From positions 102,612,001 to 102,676,000 of the forward strand of contig NC_086107.1 in the NCBI RefSeq assembly GCF_963921235.1: a stretch of DNA of 64,000 bases. The letters are read 5' to 3'. This document shows positions 37,786 to 50,985 of the stretch, piece after piece. Origin of the DNA: Mobula hypostoma. Its lineage: Eukaryota. Within the stretch, counting starts at the first letter, position 1. Each line of letters begins with the position of its first letter. The notes beneath the pieces were generated by a model that had not been told where the DNA came from, did no database searches, and was given only the letters and a program-made list of their open reading frames with translations. The translations under genes and the position numbers were made by a program.

Positions 37786-40685
37786 ATCACAAGACACAAA
37801 ATCACAAGACAAAGGAGCAGAAGTAGGCCATTCGGCCCATCAAGTCTGCTCCACAGCTCCCCCATGAGCTAAACTATTCACCCATCTAGTTCCAATTTCC
37901 GGCTTTTTCCCCATATCCCTTGATACCCTGACTACTTAGATACCTGTCAATCTCCTCCTTAAACACCCTCAGTGATCAGGCCTCCACAGCCATATGTGGC
38001 AATGAATTCCACAAATCCACGACCCTCTGGCTAAAAAAATTTCTTCTCATCTCTGTTTTAACTGGGTACCCTCTAATTCTAAGACTATGGCCTCTTGTCC
38101 TGGACTCACCCACCAAGGGAAACAACCTTTCCACATCTACTTTGTCCAACCCTTTCAACATTCGAAACGTTTCTATGAGATCCTCTCTCATTCTTCTATA
38201 CTCTAATGAATACAATCCAAGAGCCGACAGACGCTGCTCATATGTTAGCCCCTGCATTCCAGGAATCATCCTCGTAAATCTTCTCTGAACTCTCTCCAAC
38301 ATCAGTATATCCTTTCTAAGATAGGGGGCCCAAAACTGCACACAGTATTCCAAATGAGGTCGCACTAATGCCCCATAGAGACTCATCAACACCTCCTTAC
38401 TCTTATACACTATTCCTCTTGAAATGAATGCCAACATAGCATTCGCTTTCCTTACCGCCAATCCAACTTGGTGGTTAACCTTTAGGGTATCCTGCACGAG
38501 GACCCCCAAGTCCCTTTGCACTTCCGATTTTTGAATTTTCTCCCCATCTAAATAATAATCTGCCCGATTATTTCTTCTTCTGAAATGTACAATCGTACAT
38601 TTGTCAACGTTGTATCTCATCTGTCATTTCTTTGCCCACTCTCCTAAACTGACTTAAGTATCTCTGCAACCTTTCCGTTTCTTCAACATTTCCTGCTCCT
38701 CCACCTATCTTGGTGTCATCCGCAAACTTGGCCACAAAACCATTTAATCCACAATCCAAATCATCGATATACATCGTAAAAAGAAGCGGCCCCAACACCG
38801 ACCCCTGCGGAACACCACTAGTAACCGGCAACCAATCAGAATAGGATCCCTTTATTCCCACCCTTTGCTTTCTGCCTATCAGCCAGTGCTCCACCCATTT
38901 CAATATCTTTCCTATAATTCCATGGGCTCTCATCTTATTAAGCAGCTTCATATGCAGCACCTTATCGAAGGCCTTTTGAAAATCCAAATACACAACATTC
39001 ACAGCCTCTCCCTTGTCAATCTTATTCGAGATTACCTCAAAAAATTCCAATAAGTTGGTAAGGCAGGATCTTCCCTTCATGAAACCATGCTGGCTTCGGC
39101 CTATCTTGTCGTGCACCTCAAGGTATTTCATAACCTGGTCCATGAGGATTGACTCCAATACCTTTCCAACCACGGATGTCAAACTAATAGGTCCGTAATT
39201 TTCTTTTTGCTGCCTCCTTCCTTTCTTAAATAGCGGAACTACATTTGCGACCTTCCAGTCCTCCGGAACCATGCCAGAGTCTATTGATTCCTGGAAGATC
39301 ATTTCCAATGCTTCCACAATCTCCAAAGCCACCTCCTTCAGAACCCTTGGGTGCACCTCATCCAGGCCGGGAGACATCTATCCTTAGTCCACTTAGCTTC
39401 CCAAGCACTTTCTCTCTAGTAATCTTGACTGTACCTAATTCTATTCCCTGATACCTCTGGCTATCAGGTATATTGCTCATGTCTTCCACTGTGAAGACTG
39501 ATGCAAAATACTCATTCAGTTCCTCTGCCATCTCTTTGTTATCCATTATAATTTCTCCAGCATCATTTTCAATCAGTCCCGTATTTACCCTTGTCACTCT
39601 TTTACTCTTCATATATTTAAAAAAACTCTTAGTATCCTTTTTTATGTTAATTGCCAACTTCCTTTCATAATTCATCTTTTCTTTCCTAATGACTTTCTTA
39701 GTTTCTTTCTGTAAGTTTTTAAAGGTCTTCCAGTCCTCATTTTTCCCACTAATTTTTGCTTCCTTGTACGCCGTTTCTTTTGCTTTTATTTTTGCCTTAA
39801 CCTCTCTCGTTAGCCACATTTGTGCCATTTTTCCATTCATGATTTTCTTTTTTCTTGGAATATATTTTTCCTGCATTTTCCTTATTTCTTGTAGGAATTT
39901 CATCCAATTCTGCTCTGCCGTCCCTCCATTTAGTTTACTTTTCCAATTGACTTGGGCCAGTTCCTCTCTCATACCACTGTAGTTTCCCCTGTTCCACTGA
40001 AATATCAATACACCTGATACCAGCTTCTCCTTTTCAAATATGAAACTGAACTCAATCATATTATGATCACTACTTCCAAGAGGTTCCTTTACCTCCAGCT
40101 CCCTAATCGCCTCAGGTTCGTTACACAGCACCCAATCCAAAATAGCCAGTCCCCGGTGGGCTTCTGGACAAGTTGCTCCAAAAAGCCATCCTGTCAGCAT
40201 TCTACAAACTCCCTCTCCTGAGATCCATTACCTTCCCGACTTTCCCAATCCACTTTCATATTAAAATCCCCCATAATTATCTTGACATTGTCCTTCTGAC
40301 ATGCTTTTTCTATTTCCAGCTGCAACTTGTAGTCCACATCCCGACTGCTGTTTGGAGGCCTGTATATAACTGCTATTAGTGTCTTTTTACCCTTGCCATT
40401 TCTTAATTCTACCCATAAGGATTCTACCTCTTCTGATCCTATGTCCCTTCTTTCTATTGATTTGATATCGTTACTTACCATCAGGGCCACGCCACCCCCT
40501 TTACCTACCTTCCTATCCTTCCTGTACACTGTGTATTCTGGGATATTCAGCTCCCAATCACATCCATCATTTAGCCATGACTCAGTGATGGCCACAATGT
40601 CATACCTTTTAACCTGCAGCTGTGCAGCAAGGTCATCCACTTTATTTCTAATGCTGCGTGCATTTAAGTACAGTACATTTAGATG
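37786..40685 (-). mobile_element. CR1-like LINE with near-complete ORF2 (APE endonuclease + RT), ~3 frameshifts
   Basis: [83 protein letters not shown] across ORFs 40194-40640, 39358-40200, 38604-39377, 37976-38620. Confidence 0.95.
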
Positions 40686-41034
40686 GGTTCACCGAAGGGT
40701 CGAAATGGGGGTCTTCAAAGGCCTGTTTGGTAATATGTGGGGCGTGAGGATTTTCCTAGCATTCTTTGTTCTACCACAGCCTCCAGTGTGTCCAGTGTGA
40801 CTCCTATAACAGAGCCAGCCTTTCTAATCAGTTTATTGTGCCTGTTGGCATCACCCGTGTTGGTGCCACTGCCCCAGCATTCCACTGCATAGAAGGTTGT
40901 ACTGGCGAGAAAAGACTGGTAGAACATGTGACTCTCCTGCCTGATGGTAGGGGGAGTCAAAGAGATTGTTGGATGGATGGGAGGGATCACTGTCAATGCT
41001 AAGTAATATACCTTATCGAATGGTTTCTCCATTT

Positions 41035-41263
41035 TTTATTTTGGCGTGTGCCTGCGTGCGTGTGTCCGTGGTTTTTCATGGCTTTTACAAGGCGCGGAGC
41101 GAGAGAGAGACTGTGTGGCACACCACTCCTCACACAGATATTTTCGCAGTATATTTCCCTTTTGATGGAAAGCGTACTCGGGAGCGGACCCGACTGGTTT
41201 CGAACCCGGGAACCTCCGCTCCCGGGTCTGGCGCCGATGTCACTGTGCCACCAGCCGGCCCCC
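41035..41263 (-). mobile_element. Young CpG-rich tRNA-derived SINE
   Basis: Box A GGTGGCACAGTG and box B GGTTCGAAACC; perfect TSD GGTTTCTCCATTT (41022-34 / 41264-76). Confidence 0.88.
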
Positions 41264-41549
41264 GGTTTCTCCATTTCTAATATCTTCCTGGTTTCCCTAA
41301 TCCATAAGCAGAGTGGTGATTTCAAAATATTTAGTTAAATTGTAAGACCTGTTTTTGATCTCTGACTCTGGCAAGCTGACAAAGATCTTTCACAATTCAC
41401 GTTAAGCATCCTGGATGTCAAAGGCTGAAGGTCGTAAGTCACTGAGCTTAATAATCCTACTTCTCCATAATGAGACCCATTCCACAAGTGCCATTCACAT
41501 GTGAGAGCAGTTGTTCAAGTTGCTGCTCCCCAAGCTGTGAACATGGGAA

Positions 41550-42230
41550 GAGGAGAAGATGGCAGTGTGACACAGCTTGCACGACCACTCTGGTGAATGA
41601 TATCTGTAATCTGTCAAGTAGGGTGCCGTGCACAATCCTGATTTGATGGAGACAGACTTGAGAGATCGGAAGAACATCTGGAGAAACTTCTGAAATGCCT
41701 TTCTGGCTGCCGCTGTTACTGTGTGATCCAGAACCTCCGGAGGGGAAGGCCCCGAATCCTTGGCTTTGCTTGTTGCTCGGCTGCCGGGCCGGGGTCGAGG
41801 TGCTCGGCAGAGATGGTGCTCAGTGCTCGGTGTCAAAGGGCTGGTCGGAGGCTCAAAGTTTTCGGATGGACTCAGGGTCGGCTGTGGTCGGGTGCTTCCA
41901 ATGCATCGACAGTTGTCAGTGCCTGGAAGTTTATGGCACGGAGAGTTTCTCCCTTCTGCTGCCTGCTATCGGGGACTATCGGGAGTCGGTCAGAACTTTG
42001 AGACTTTTTTTTACCGTTCCCATGGTCTGCTGTTAATCAAATTGTGGTATTGCTTTGCACTGCTGTAACTATATGTTATAATTATGTGGTCTTGTCAGTG
42101 TTAATCTTTGGTTTGTCCTGTTTTTTTTGTGATATCACTCTGGAGGAACATTGTATCATTTCTTAATGCATGCATGCATTTCTAAATGACAATAAACGAG
42201 GACTGAGTGTCCTCATAATCTAATCTAATT
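41550..42230 (+). mobile_element. Unclassified non-autonomous retroposon (L2/Rex-like tail)
   Basis: Starts GAAGATGGC, GC-rich body, ends GACAATAAA...(TAATC)n tail. Confidence 0.5.
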
Positions 42231-42549
42231 AAGAGCAGCAGGCTTATGGATGGTGCACTATATGTGCAGAGCTTTATGCCTTCCTGTACCTTGCCTCCAT
42301 TTTATGAACCCATCCCCTTTCCAACAAGAACTACTAGCTGACACAGACCAGGGACTGAACTGGAGACCTTTCATTTTCCTATGCCCATCAATTTGCTGAG
42401 GAATCTGGAGAAGCAGCGTCATTGATGACATAGTTATTTCCAAAAATTTACTACAAAAAAATTAAATGAACTTGAGGGATGGGGGGAGAGGGTTAAAGCT
42501 GTGGGGTCTGACTGTCGAATAATGTGTTATATACCTTTTATTTGTTCAG

Positions 42550-42630
42550 GATGAAAATGTGGTGAAATTGACACAAGAACTGGCACAAAAGTTGGGGCTA
42601 CGGATCCGTAAAGCATACATCAGAGCTCAG
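42550..42630 (+). CDS. ZC3H7A: ZC3H7 coding exon 5, DENVVKLTQELAQKLGLRIRKAYIRAQ
   Basis: tttgttcAG acceptor, CAG|GTGCGT donor, 81 nt; QELAQKLG motif shared by ZC3H7A/B; absent from ORF track. Confidence 0.92.
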
Positions 42631-43449
42631 GTGCGTGATGCTGTGCTGCTGGGTGTCTGCTCCTCGTTCCTCCTTTATTTTCCCCTCGGAAATGATCGGA
42701 TATTATAAGCAACAGGAAGGAGACCTAATGAGCCAAAGTTGCTGACTCTATGCCATCAATGTTGGAGTGGATGTTGGCAGGAATGCAGTGTCAGATAGAT
42801 GGACAATGTTATGTTAAGCCCTTATAAATCACCAGTTCATTCACTGCAGGAAAGCTTAGTCAGAAATTGTTCTGTGTTGTGTTTTTGGTGATTGAAAGGG
42901 GTTGCAGCTCATGTTGATGCTGCTAAGTAGATAGTCATACAGCACATAAACAGACCCTTCAGCCCATCATGCTTATGCCAACCACCATGTACCTACCTAT
43001 ACAAATCCTACAAAGCTCTTGGTTTGCAGTCTTCCATGCCTTGGTGATTCAAGTGCTGGTCTAGATACTTGTGAGAGTACTTGTTTTCACCACCCATGCA
43101 GGCAAAATGTTCCAGATTGCAGCCACAAGTGGCTTGGGGGAAATTCCTCTGATTCCTTCTAAGCATCTTGCTCCTTATCCTAAACCTAAGCCCTCTGTAA
43201 GCTTACTCACACACAAGCATCCATAAATTGGGCATTCTCTACCTAGGGACGACCTATATACCACTAGAAACACTCTTCTGGTTACTGGAAAGTGTTGCAA
43301 TTAAATGAATGGACACTACATAATGGGAAGGGCGGGGACAGTGTTGCCAAGAGTTCAACAGGTTCTGGACAGACAGGTGAACGTCAATGCACGCAGAAGG
43401 CATGTCCTTTGTTCAAGGGAGCAACAGAAACGCCCCAAGTTACAGACAG

Positions 43450-43770
43450 GAAGCTGGTGCTCCTGCCCCTTTCTTTCTTCCATGGTCTTCTGTCCTCTCA
43501 GATTCCCCCTCCTCCAGCCCTTTATCTCTTTCACCAATCAACTTCCCAGCCCTTTACCACCCCTTCTCCCTCTCCTGGATTCTCCTAACACTTGCCCCCT
43601 TGTACTTCTTCCTTCCCTCCCCCCACCCTCTTACTCTGACTTCTCCTCTTTCTTTACCGTCCTGATGAAGGGTCTCAGCCCGAAATGTCGTCTGTTTACT
43701 CTTTTCCATAGATGTTGCCTGGCCTGCTGAGTTCCTCCAGCAGCACTTTGAGTGTGTGTGTGTGTGCTGC
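43450..43770 (+). mobile_element. Penelope-like 3' end with degenerate hammerhead (43658-43693)
   Basis: Pyrimidine-rich body, CTGATGAAGGGTCTCAGCCCGAAATGTC, GCTGAGTTCCTCCAGC; an opposed copy lies at ~44050-44330. Confidence 0.7.
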
Positions 43771-45493
43771 TATGGTGTAGTCAAGTGCCTTTGCCTTTTT
43801 CTGCATGCCCCATGTTGAAGTCTGAGTAACTGAGTTTGGGTGACACTTCTAAATTTACCAAATTTAAGATGTGGGAGAAGATGAGCAGCAAAAGCCCGAA
43901 ATACACCTGAGCTAAAAGGCCTGAAAGCTAAAAGTGACTGAGCCCTTGACCTATTTGGGCAAAGCAACTAAGGGTCATACAAGGCTGTATTTGAGGTTCC
44001 AGGCACTCGGGGAGAACAGAATATGCAATTTGAGTCAGAAAGAACAACTGCATATGCTGGAAACCTTGAACAACACGCACAAAATGCTAGAGGAACTGAG
44101 CAGGTCAGGCAGCCTCTATGGAGGAAAATGAGTAATTGACAATTTGATCTGAGACCCTTTATCAGGACTGAAAAGGAATGAGGCAGAAGCCAGAGTAAGA
44201 GGGGAAGGAAAAGGTGATAGGTGAATGCAGAGGAGAAGGGAGGGTAGGACAGTGGGGGGAAGGGATTGAAAAGGGGATAATTTGAGAAGCTGGGAGGTGG
44301 AAGGTGGGGAAGGCACACAAAACTTTGGAGGGCCTACAGGTAAAGCATTTGATATTTTTAAGTAGCACATTGAATAGAATTCTTGGATTTTTAAACACGA
44401 GATGCTGAAAAAGTAACACACACACACAATGTTGGAGAGGTTTATCAGTGCAAACTGTTTAATGGAGTACAAATATCCCACTGAGAAATGAAGAAATAAA
44501 ATTTGCATGGGTTCTAGCAACCCTGAAATGGATGCAAAAATGCTTTACTCCAGCATAACCCTGCAAGTTTTTTCTAGAGTTTTAGAATGCACTTTTCTAG
44601 TCCGCAGTGTTCAATTCCAGCCACAACACTTTAGGCTTGAACTCAAAGCCTTAGAGTGGATCCAGTGGAAGTTTAATAGAATAGAGATAAGGGACTATTT
44701 GTAGAGGCTGGAAAACTGGATTGCAGGGAAGTTTAAGGGGAGATTTAGTGTTTATGGTTATACAGAATAAATACAATGATCCAAATGGCTGTATGATCTT
44801 TGTGAGGCAGAAATAGCTGAGGGTGAGAATTTTTTGTTAAATGTTGATTAAACAAAATGGATGTAAATATGAAAGAGACTGAATATGGGCAACACTAATT
44901 GAACTAATTTGCCGATACTTATCTAGTTGGTAACTGGAAAGATCTAAGTACTTGTTGGGCTGCAGAAGACATGGATTGAACCAAGTTGAGTTTCAAGTGA
45001 AATTTATTGTCATAATCACAAAAACAGTGAGGTACAGTACGATGGAAAAACTTGCAACAGTATCATAGGCATTGTTCAGTCAACACACAGAATTTAAAAT
45101 CATACATAAAGTTTGAATAAAAATTATACCAATGAGAGTAAGTGGTTCCTCTTTCAGAGAACTGCCATAAGTTTGATGTGGTAAATGACCAACTGAATTG
45201 TATGATTTTTAGGGTTCTGCAAGGAAGTTGTTAATTTCTTTCAGTGAAAAAAATACAGTCAGTCTTCAAAATGACGAGGGTTTAGAAATTCCCTTTTTTT
45301 TTAACTTCCTATTTTTTTAACAAGCCTCAGTCTACCTCATTAGACACCTACTGAAAAACTTAATCAAGCTTGTCAGACATAACCTATCCTTTACAAATTC
45401 AGGTTTAAAAATATGGTTTTAAGAATGCAGCATTCCAAACGATGATATTCTGGTATGCATTGTTAATAAATTGCTTAGTTGTGTTGAGCCTAA

Positions 45494-45625
45494 ACACAAG
45501 AGATTCTGCAGATGCTGGAAATCCAGAGCAACAGACACAAAATGGTGGAGGAATTCAGCAGGTCAGGCAGCACCTATGGACATGAATGAACAGTCGACGT
45601 TTCGGGCTGGAGCCCTTCTTCAGAC
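45494..45625 (-). mobile_element. Penelope-like 3' end; hammerhead core intact, stem I damaged
   Basis: rc CTGAAGA-A-GGGCTCCAGCCC-GAAACGTC-GACTG. Confidence 0.7.
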
Positions 45626-45779
45626 CGGTTGATAGCTTTTTCTTATTTTAGCTGTTCTTGAGCAAGCTCCGTATTTATACAAATGGGTGAAGTTAATTTT
45701 AGTCAAGTCTGAAGCCAGGAAATTTATGTGACTGTACTCAGTTTTCCACCCCACTAATCCCACTAATTCTCTTTCTCAG

Positions 45780-45836
45780 CCTGATGTGGATACAGGGGGT
45801 CGGACTACAATTGGAAATTCCGTGAACAGTGGGCAT
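45780..45836 (+). CDS. ZC3H7A: ZC3H7 putative coding exon 6, PDVDTGGRTTIGNSVNSGH
   Basis: Branch-like CTAAT motifs and ctctttctcAG acceptor, CAT|GTAAGT donor; 57 nt phase 0-0, open; fills the expected low-conservation linker (19 aa, as in recalled ZC3H7B). Confidence 0.7.
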
Positions 45837-47039
45837 GTAAGTTGACTTCTGAGTTGTTACTCCACTGAGATGTTTCTTTCAGGAAAAGTTCACAGAGAGA
45901 AAAATTTCTGTGAACGGAACTGTAGTTTGAATGATAATTAATAAATTCAAGGATCCAGTATCCATGTGGGGATGCAAAGGAAATTACTGACGACTTCTGC
46001 ATTGAACTAATCAAAAATTGGTTAAACAACCAGACACTGCCTCTTGTATTAAATTCTCTGAGGTCAAGCAAAGAAAACTTTATCAAACCTCTAAAAAGAT
46101 GTTTACCTGCATCTTTTTTTTCATGATGGATTTTTAGACTCTGCTTCTGAAGTAGTTCCACTACTTGATGGAGAATAGTACAAAAAAATCTTCCGACATC
46201 CCAGTGCAATAATGAAGGGCTGGCACACTGTCTTTTGGATAAGACAGAAAAGCTAGGAACTACATGCTGCATTACTTGACGGAGGAGATTATCTTCAAGA
46301 GGGACCTAGCTGATCCCTCAATTAACTTCACTGAAAAAAGCAAGCTCATTTGGTTATTTATTTATTGAGTTACAGCACGGAATAGGCCTTTCCAGCCCTC
46401 GAGCTGTGCGGTCCAGCAATTCCCTCTATTAATCCTAGCCTAATCATGGACAATTTACAATAACCAATTAATCCACCAAATGGTAGGTCTGTGGAAACTG
46501 GAGTGTCGGAGGAAACCCACACAGTTATGGGGAGAACATACAGGCAGCGGTGGGAATTGAACCTGAGTCACCTGTACTGTTTAGTGTTGTGCTAACCACT
46601 ATGCTACTGTGCAACCCATAATATTTTATTGTTGTTTAAGGATCCTTCCCGTGAATGGCTGTTCTGCCTAATTCACTCTTTGTAGATCTAAAGTTTAAAT
46701 TAATATTTAGAAGTATTGTACATATCCAGCAGAACGTCACCATGGTTCACTGGCGCCATCTTGTCTCACTTGCTCTAAAGTGGGTATTTGCTTACACTGA
46801 AACTTATTTTCATAATGTTACTCATGTATGCTGCTACCTATATCATTATGTAATTATGGTGAATAGCTGAGATACTAATTGGAAAAAAATTGCCATTTAT
46901 CCCTCTACGTTTCCTGCCACTCACCAATTTCCAAACAAGTACAAGAATTTGGCTTAATTTGCATTAAATTCAATATTTGCTAGAAGTTGCCTATTTGGAT
47001 CTTCTGATAGCCTATATTCAAGCCTCTGCCCACTTATAC

Positions 47040-47155
47040 AGATTCAAAATCAGGTTTAATATCACTGGCGTATGTCGTGAAATTTGTTAACTTTGAGGCA
47101 GAAGTATAATGCGATACATAATAATAGAAAAAATATGAACTATAGTAAGTAATTT

Positions 47156-47188
<33 letters not shown>

Positions 47189-47787
47189 CTCTATCTATCT
47201 ATCTATATATATATATGTATGTATGTTAGAATCAGGTTTATTATCACCAGCATGTGGCATGAAATTTGTTAACTTAGCAGCAGCAGCAGTTCAATGCAAT
47301 ACATAATCTGGCAGGGAGAGAGAGAAAAAAATAAATAAAATAAAGCATAATAAATAAACAAGTAAATCAATTACAAATGTTGAATAGATTTTTAAAATGT
47401 GCAAAAACAGAAATACTATACATTTTTAAAAAAGTGAGGTAGTGTCCAAAGCTTCAATGTCCATTTAGGAATCGGATGGCAGAGGGAAGAAACTGTTCCT
47501 GAATCACTGAGTGTGTGCCTTCAGGCTTCTCTATCTCCTACCCGATGGTAACAGTGAGAAAAGGGCATATCCTGGGTGCTGGAGGTCCTTAATAATGGAC
47601 GCTGCCTTTCTGAGACACCGCTCCATAAAGATGTCCTGGGTACTTTGTAGGCTAGTGCCCAAGATGGAGCTGACTAGATTTACAATCTTCTGCAGCTTCT
47701 TTCGGTCTTGTGCAGTAGCCCCTTCACACCAGGCAGCGACGCAGCCTTTCAGAATGCTCTCCACGGTACAACTATAGAAGTTTCTGA

Positions 47788-47790
<3 letters not shown>
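47040..47790 (-). mobile_element. Rex1/Babar-like 3' fragments with compound microsatellite (47156-47225) and (TA)n (47790-47823)
   Basis: ORF MESILKGCVAAWCEGATAQDRKKLQKIV...HPGYALFSLLPSGRR. Confidence 0.8.
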
Positions 47791-47828
<38 letters not shown>

Positions 47829-48818
47829 GTTATTTAGACATAACCTTTCATTTACAAATCACAGTCAACCCTGATCAGTTCATTAAATGATAAGAGACTG
47901 GGTACTGTTATGTTCTGACACCTAGGTATCCTTGTGTGTAAATCTCTGAAAGTTAACCTGCAGAAGCAGCAAGTGATTAGGAAGGTGTATGTTGGCTTTT
48001 ATTATGAGAGGGTTTAAGACAGGAGGAGTAAAGAGGCTTTGCTGGAATTGATATTTGGTCTAAGTGAGATTCCACACCTGGAATATTATGTATAGTTTTG
48101 TTCTGTTCATCTAAGTAAGGATATTCTTGTCAAAGAGTGAGTACAAAAGAGTCACAACTGGTTCCTGAGATGCTAGGTTCTTTACAGTTTAAAAGAACAG
48201 AAGAAATAGCATTGAAATGTATAAATTCATATAGGACTTAATAGAGTGGATTCAGTGAAGTTTCCTCCTGACTGAGATGTGTAGAAACAGGTTGGGTGGC
48301 AGATGTGTAGGTCTGAGCTAAGGAGAAATTTCTTCACTCAGAGGAAAATGAATATTTGGAATTCTCTACTCTGGAAGGCTGTGGAACCTCAATCATTGAT
48401 TTCAATCAAAACAGACTGATAGGTTAAAGAAATTGAGAGATATGGCAGAGTCCCAGCAGGATGGTGCTGAGGTAGAAGAGCAGCCGTGGTCTTGACGAAT
48501 GGCAGAGCAAGCCTGAAGGAAAGGATGACCTACTCCTGCTCCCATTTCCAAAGGTCTTAATTCAAAATGTTATTATTTTAAAAATATTTAATCATTGTGT
48601 CTTTCCTGACCATAGATTTTCTTTTTTTTTTGCTTTTTGAACCATTGCTTCTCTCTCTATTCTTGGATAACACAACCAAGTCCAGCTCTGTAATCAAAAG
48701 GCGTTCCTAATATTTGAAACCCTTCATCGATCATATCATCATGTCATGTTGGTTAACTAGCAAACTTTCTTTGGCAATCCTGTCAACATTGTAAGCCACT
48801 CTTTGAATTCTCCCACAG

Positions 48819-48861
48819 GTATCCATAAGTGGCACAAGTGATATAGATGATATTGAGTCAG
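48819..48861 (+). CDS. ZC3H7A: ZC3H7 coding exon 7, VSISGTSDIDDIES(D)
   Basis: tctcccacAG acceptor, CAG|GTAAGT donor, 43 nt phase 0-1; IDDIE motif as in ZC3H7B SIDDIET / ZC3H7A VEDIEP. Confidence 0.85.
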
Positions 48862-49339
48862 GTAAGTTTCTGTTTTGTTTCTCTTGTGTAGAAAAATGAA
48901 TCATCACCGCAGCCAAAGAGGACAACGGGTCGTGCTTTCTCCAAGCCCATAGAAGTGCCCTGTCCACCTCTTAAATTGTCCTTTCAACAGTTTAATTGGG
49001 TCTATCAGGCATCACCTGTCCTTCTAAAAATAAAAGCATTGTCATACGCTTTAGTGCATATATGCACTGGTGCAATAAGTCAAGTCGTCACTTTTTATAG
49101 TCATTTCAACCATAACTGCTGGTACAGTACACAGTAAAAACGAGACAACGTTTTCCAGGACCAATGTGCTACATGAAACAATACAAAAACTACACTGAAC
49201 TATGTAAAACAACACAAAAACTACACTAGACTACAGACCTACCCAGGACTGTATAAAGTGCACAAAACAGTGCAGGCATTACAATAAATAATAAACAAGA
49301 CAATAGGCACAGTAGAGGGCAGTAGAGGGAAGAAACTTT

Positions 49340-49776
49340 AACATACGAGGAGCGTTTGATGGCTCTGGGCCTGTATTCACTGGAGTTTAGAATAATGGGA
49401 GGGATCGAATTCAAAGCCTATCTAATATTGAAAGACCTAGATAGAGCGGATGTGGAGGGGATATTTCCTATACTGGAGGAGTCTAGGACCAGAGGGCACA
49501 GCATCAGAATAGAGGGTCGTCCGTCTAGAACAGAGATAAGGAGGAATTTTGTTAGCCAGAGGGTAGGGAATCTGTGGAATTCATTGCCTGAGGTGGCTGT
49601 GGAGGCTGAGTCATTGGGTATATTTAAAGCGGAGGTTGATAGTTCTTGATTAGTCGGGATGTCAGAGGTAACAGGAGAATAGGGTTGGGAGGGATAATAA
49701 ATCAGCCATGGAAGAGTGGTGGAGCAAACTCAGTGAGCTGAATGGCCTAATTCTACTCCTATGTTTTATGGTCTTA
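49340..49776 (+). mobile_element. CR1-like LINE 3' fragment
   Basis: ORF LGLYSLEFR...SRTRGHS...SQRVGNLWNSLP. Confidence 0.85.
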
Positions 49777-50985
49777 TTATCTCCTTCTATTTTAGACATA
49801 TTGTGTGGTGATTTTTATGTCAGCAGATGCCTTCTAGGTGCCCCGATAAGAGCCAGACTCCCCACACTGGACTTGTTGGTGCCACAGTAGCATCGCGGAT
49901 AGCGCGACACTGTTACAGATCGGGGTGTACCAGAGTTCAGAGTTCAATTCCAGCACGGTTCTGTCAGGGATCTTTGCACGTCCTCCCTGTGGAATGTGTG
50001 GGGTTTCCCCCAGGTGCTCCGGTTTACTACCACAGTCTAAAGACATACCCAGTAGGTTAATTGGTCATTGTAAATTGTCGTAGTTATGAGGTTGCTAGGG
50101 CAGCGTGGCTTGAAGGGCTGGAAGGGCCTTCTCTGTGTTGTATTGCTAAACAAACAAACAAACAAGTAAATAGCCAGGCCTGGTGGAATAGCTGAGTAGA
50201 CTTGATGGGGTGAATGGCCTAATTCTGCCCTATATTTTATGGTCTTAAATGCAGCAGGTCACTGGCACACAGATAAGCAGATTCACACGAAAAATGTTAA
50301 TTAAACATAAACTTTATATATTTTTTACAAGAAAGACATAATTAGAACAAAAATGATGAAGTCCATGGTGGATTGTTATTGATCAATTCCCTTCTTTTGT
50401 GCAGTTGTAAGAAACCTGAGTACAATGAGTTTGAGCAGCATATAAACAAGACAATAGGCACAGTAGAGGGAGGAAATTTTAACATATGAGGAGTATTTGA
50501 TGGCTCTGGGCCTGTAACCTTATGGTTTCCATCGGGAAACTCAACTCTGAATTGTCTGTTTCACATGGAGGGTTATGGTCATTGAACAGTGAGGCTTTGC
50601 AACCTACACAAAATATGAATGTCATGAAGTTTGGGGACTGAGACTCGAACCTGGTCACTTGACCCAGTATTCCATTCCTTGAGCAATGATTGTTCCTCAG
50701 GAATTGATTAGACCCTCAACTGTCCTACCCCTGCCTTCCCCACTTCACGTGCTTCCCTCCCTTCCACAATCACCGTCAGGTTTCCCTTGTCCTCGCTTTC
50801 TCCCCATCAACCTTTCAACAAAATGATTACCTTTGAGCACTTCCTGTGTAATGCCATTACTAAATATATCTTTCCCTCCTCAGCTGTCACACTACAGCAT
50901 TCCAGAGGGACAGTTCCCTACCTAACACTTTGTTTATTTTAAATGCAATCACCCCATTTGTGATATAGTACTTTCTTCTACAAGT

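Noticed and set aside
41170..41263. tRNA genes (also 22250-22332, 52700-52781)
   Set aside because: A/B boxes are followed by SINE bodies and A-rich or simple-repeat tails, with TSDs at two of the three; no complete cloverleaf seen
45805..46272. 155-aa minus-strand ORF overlapping the 57-nt exon
   Set aside because: No recognisable domain or splice context; likely a chance ORF
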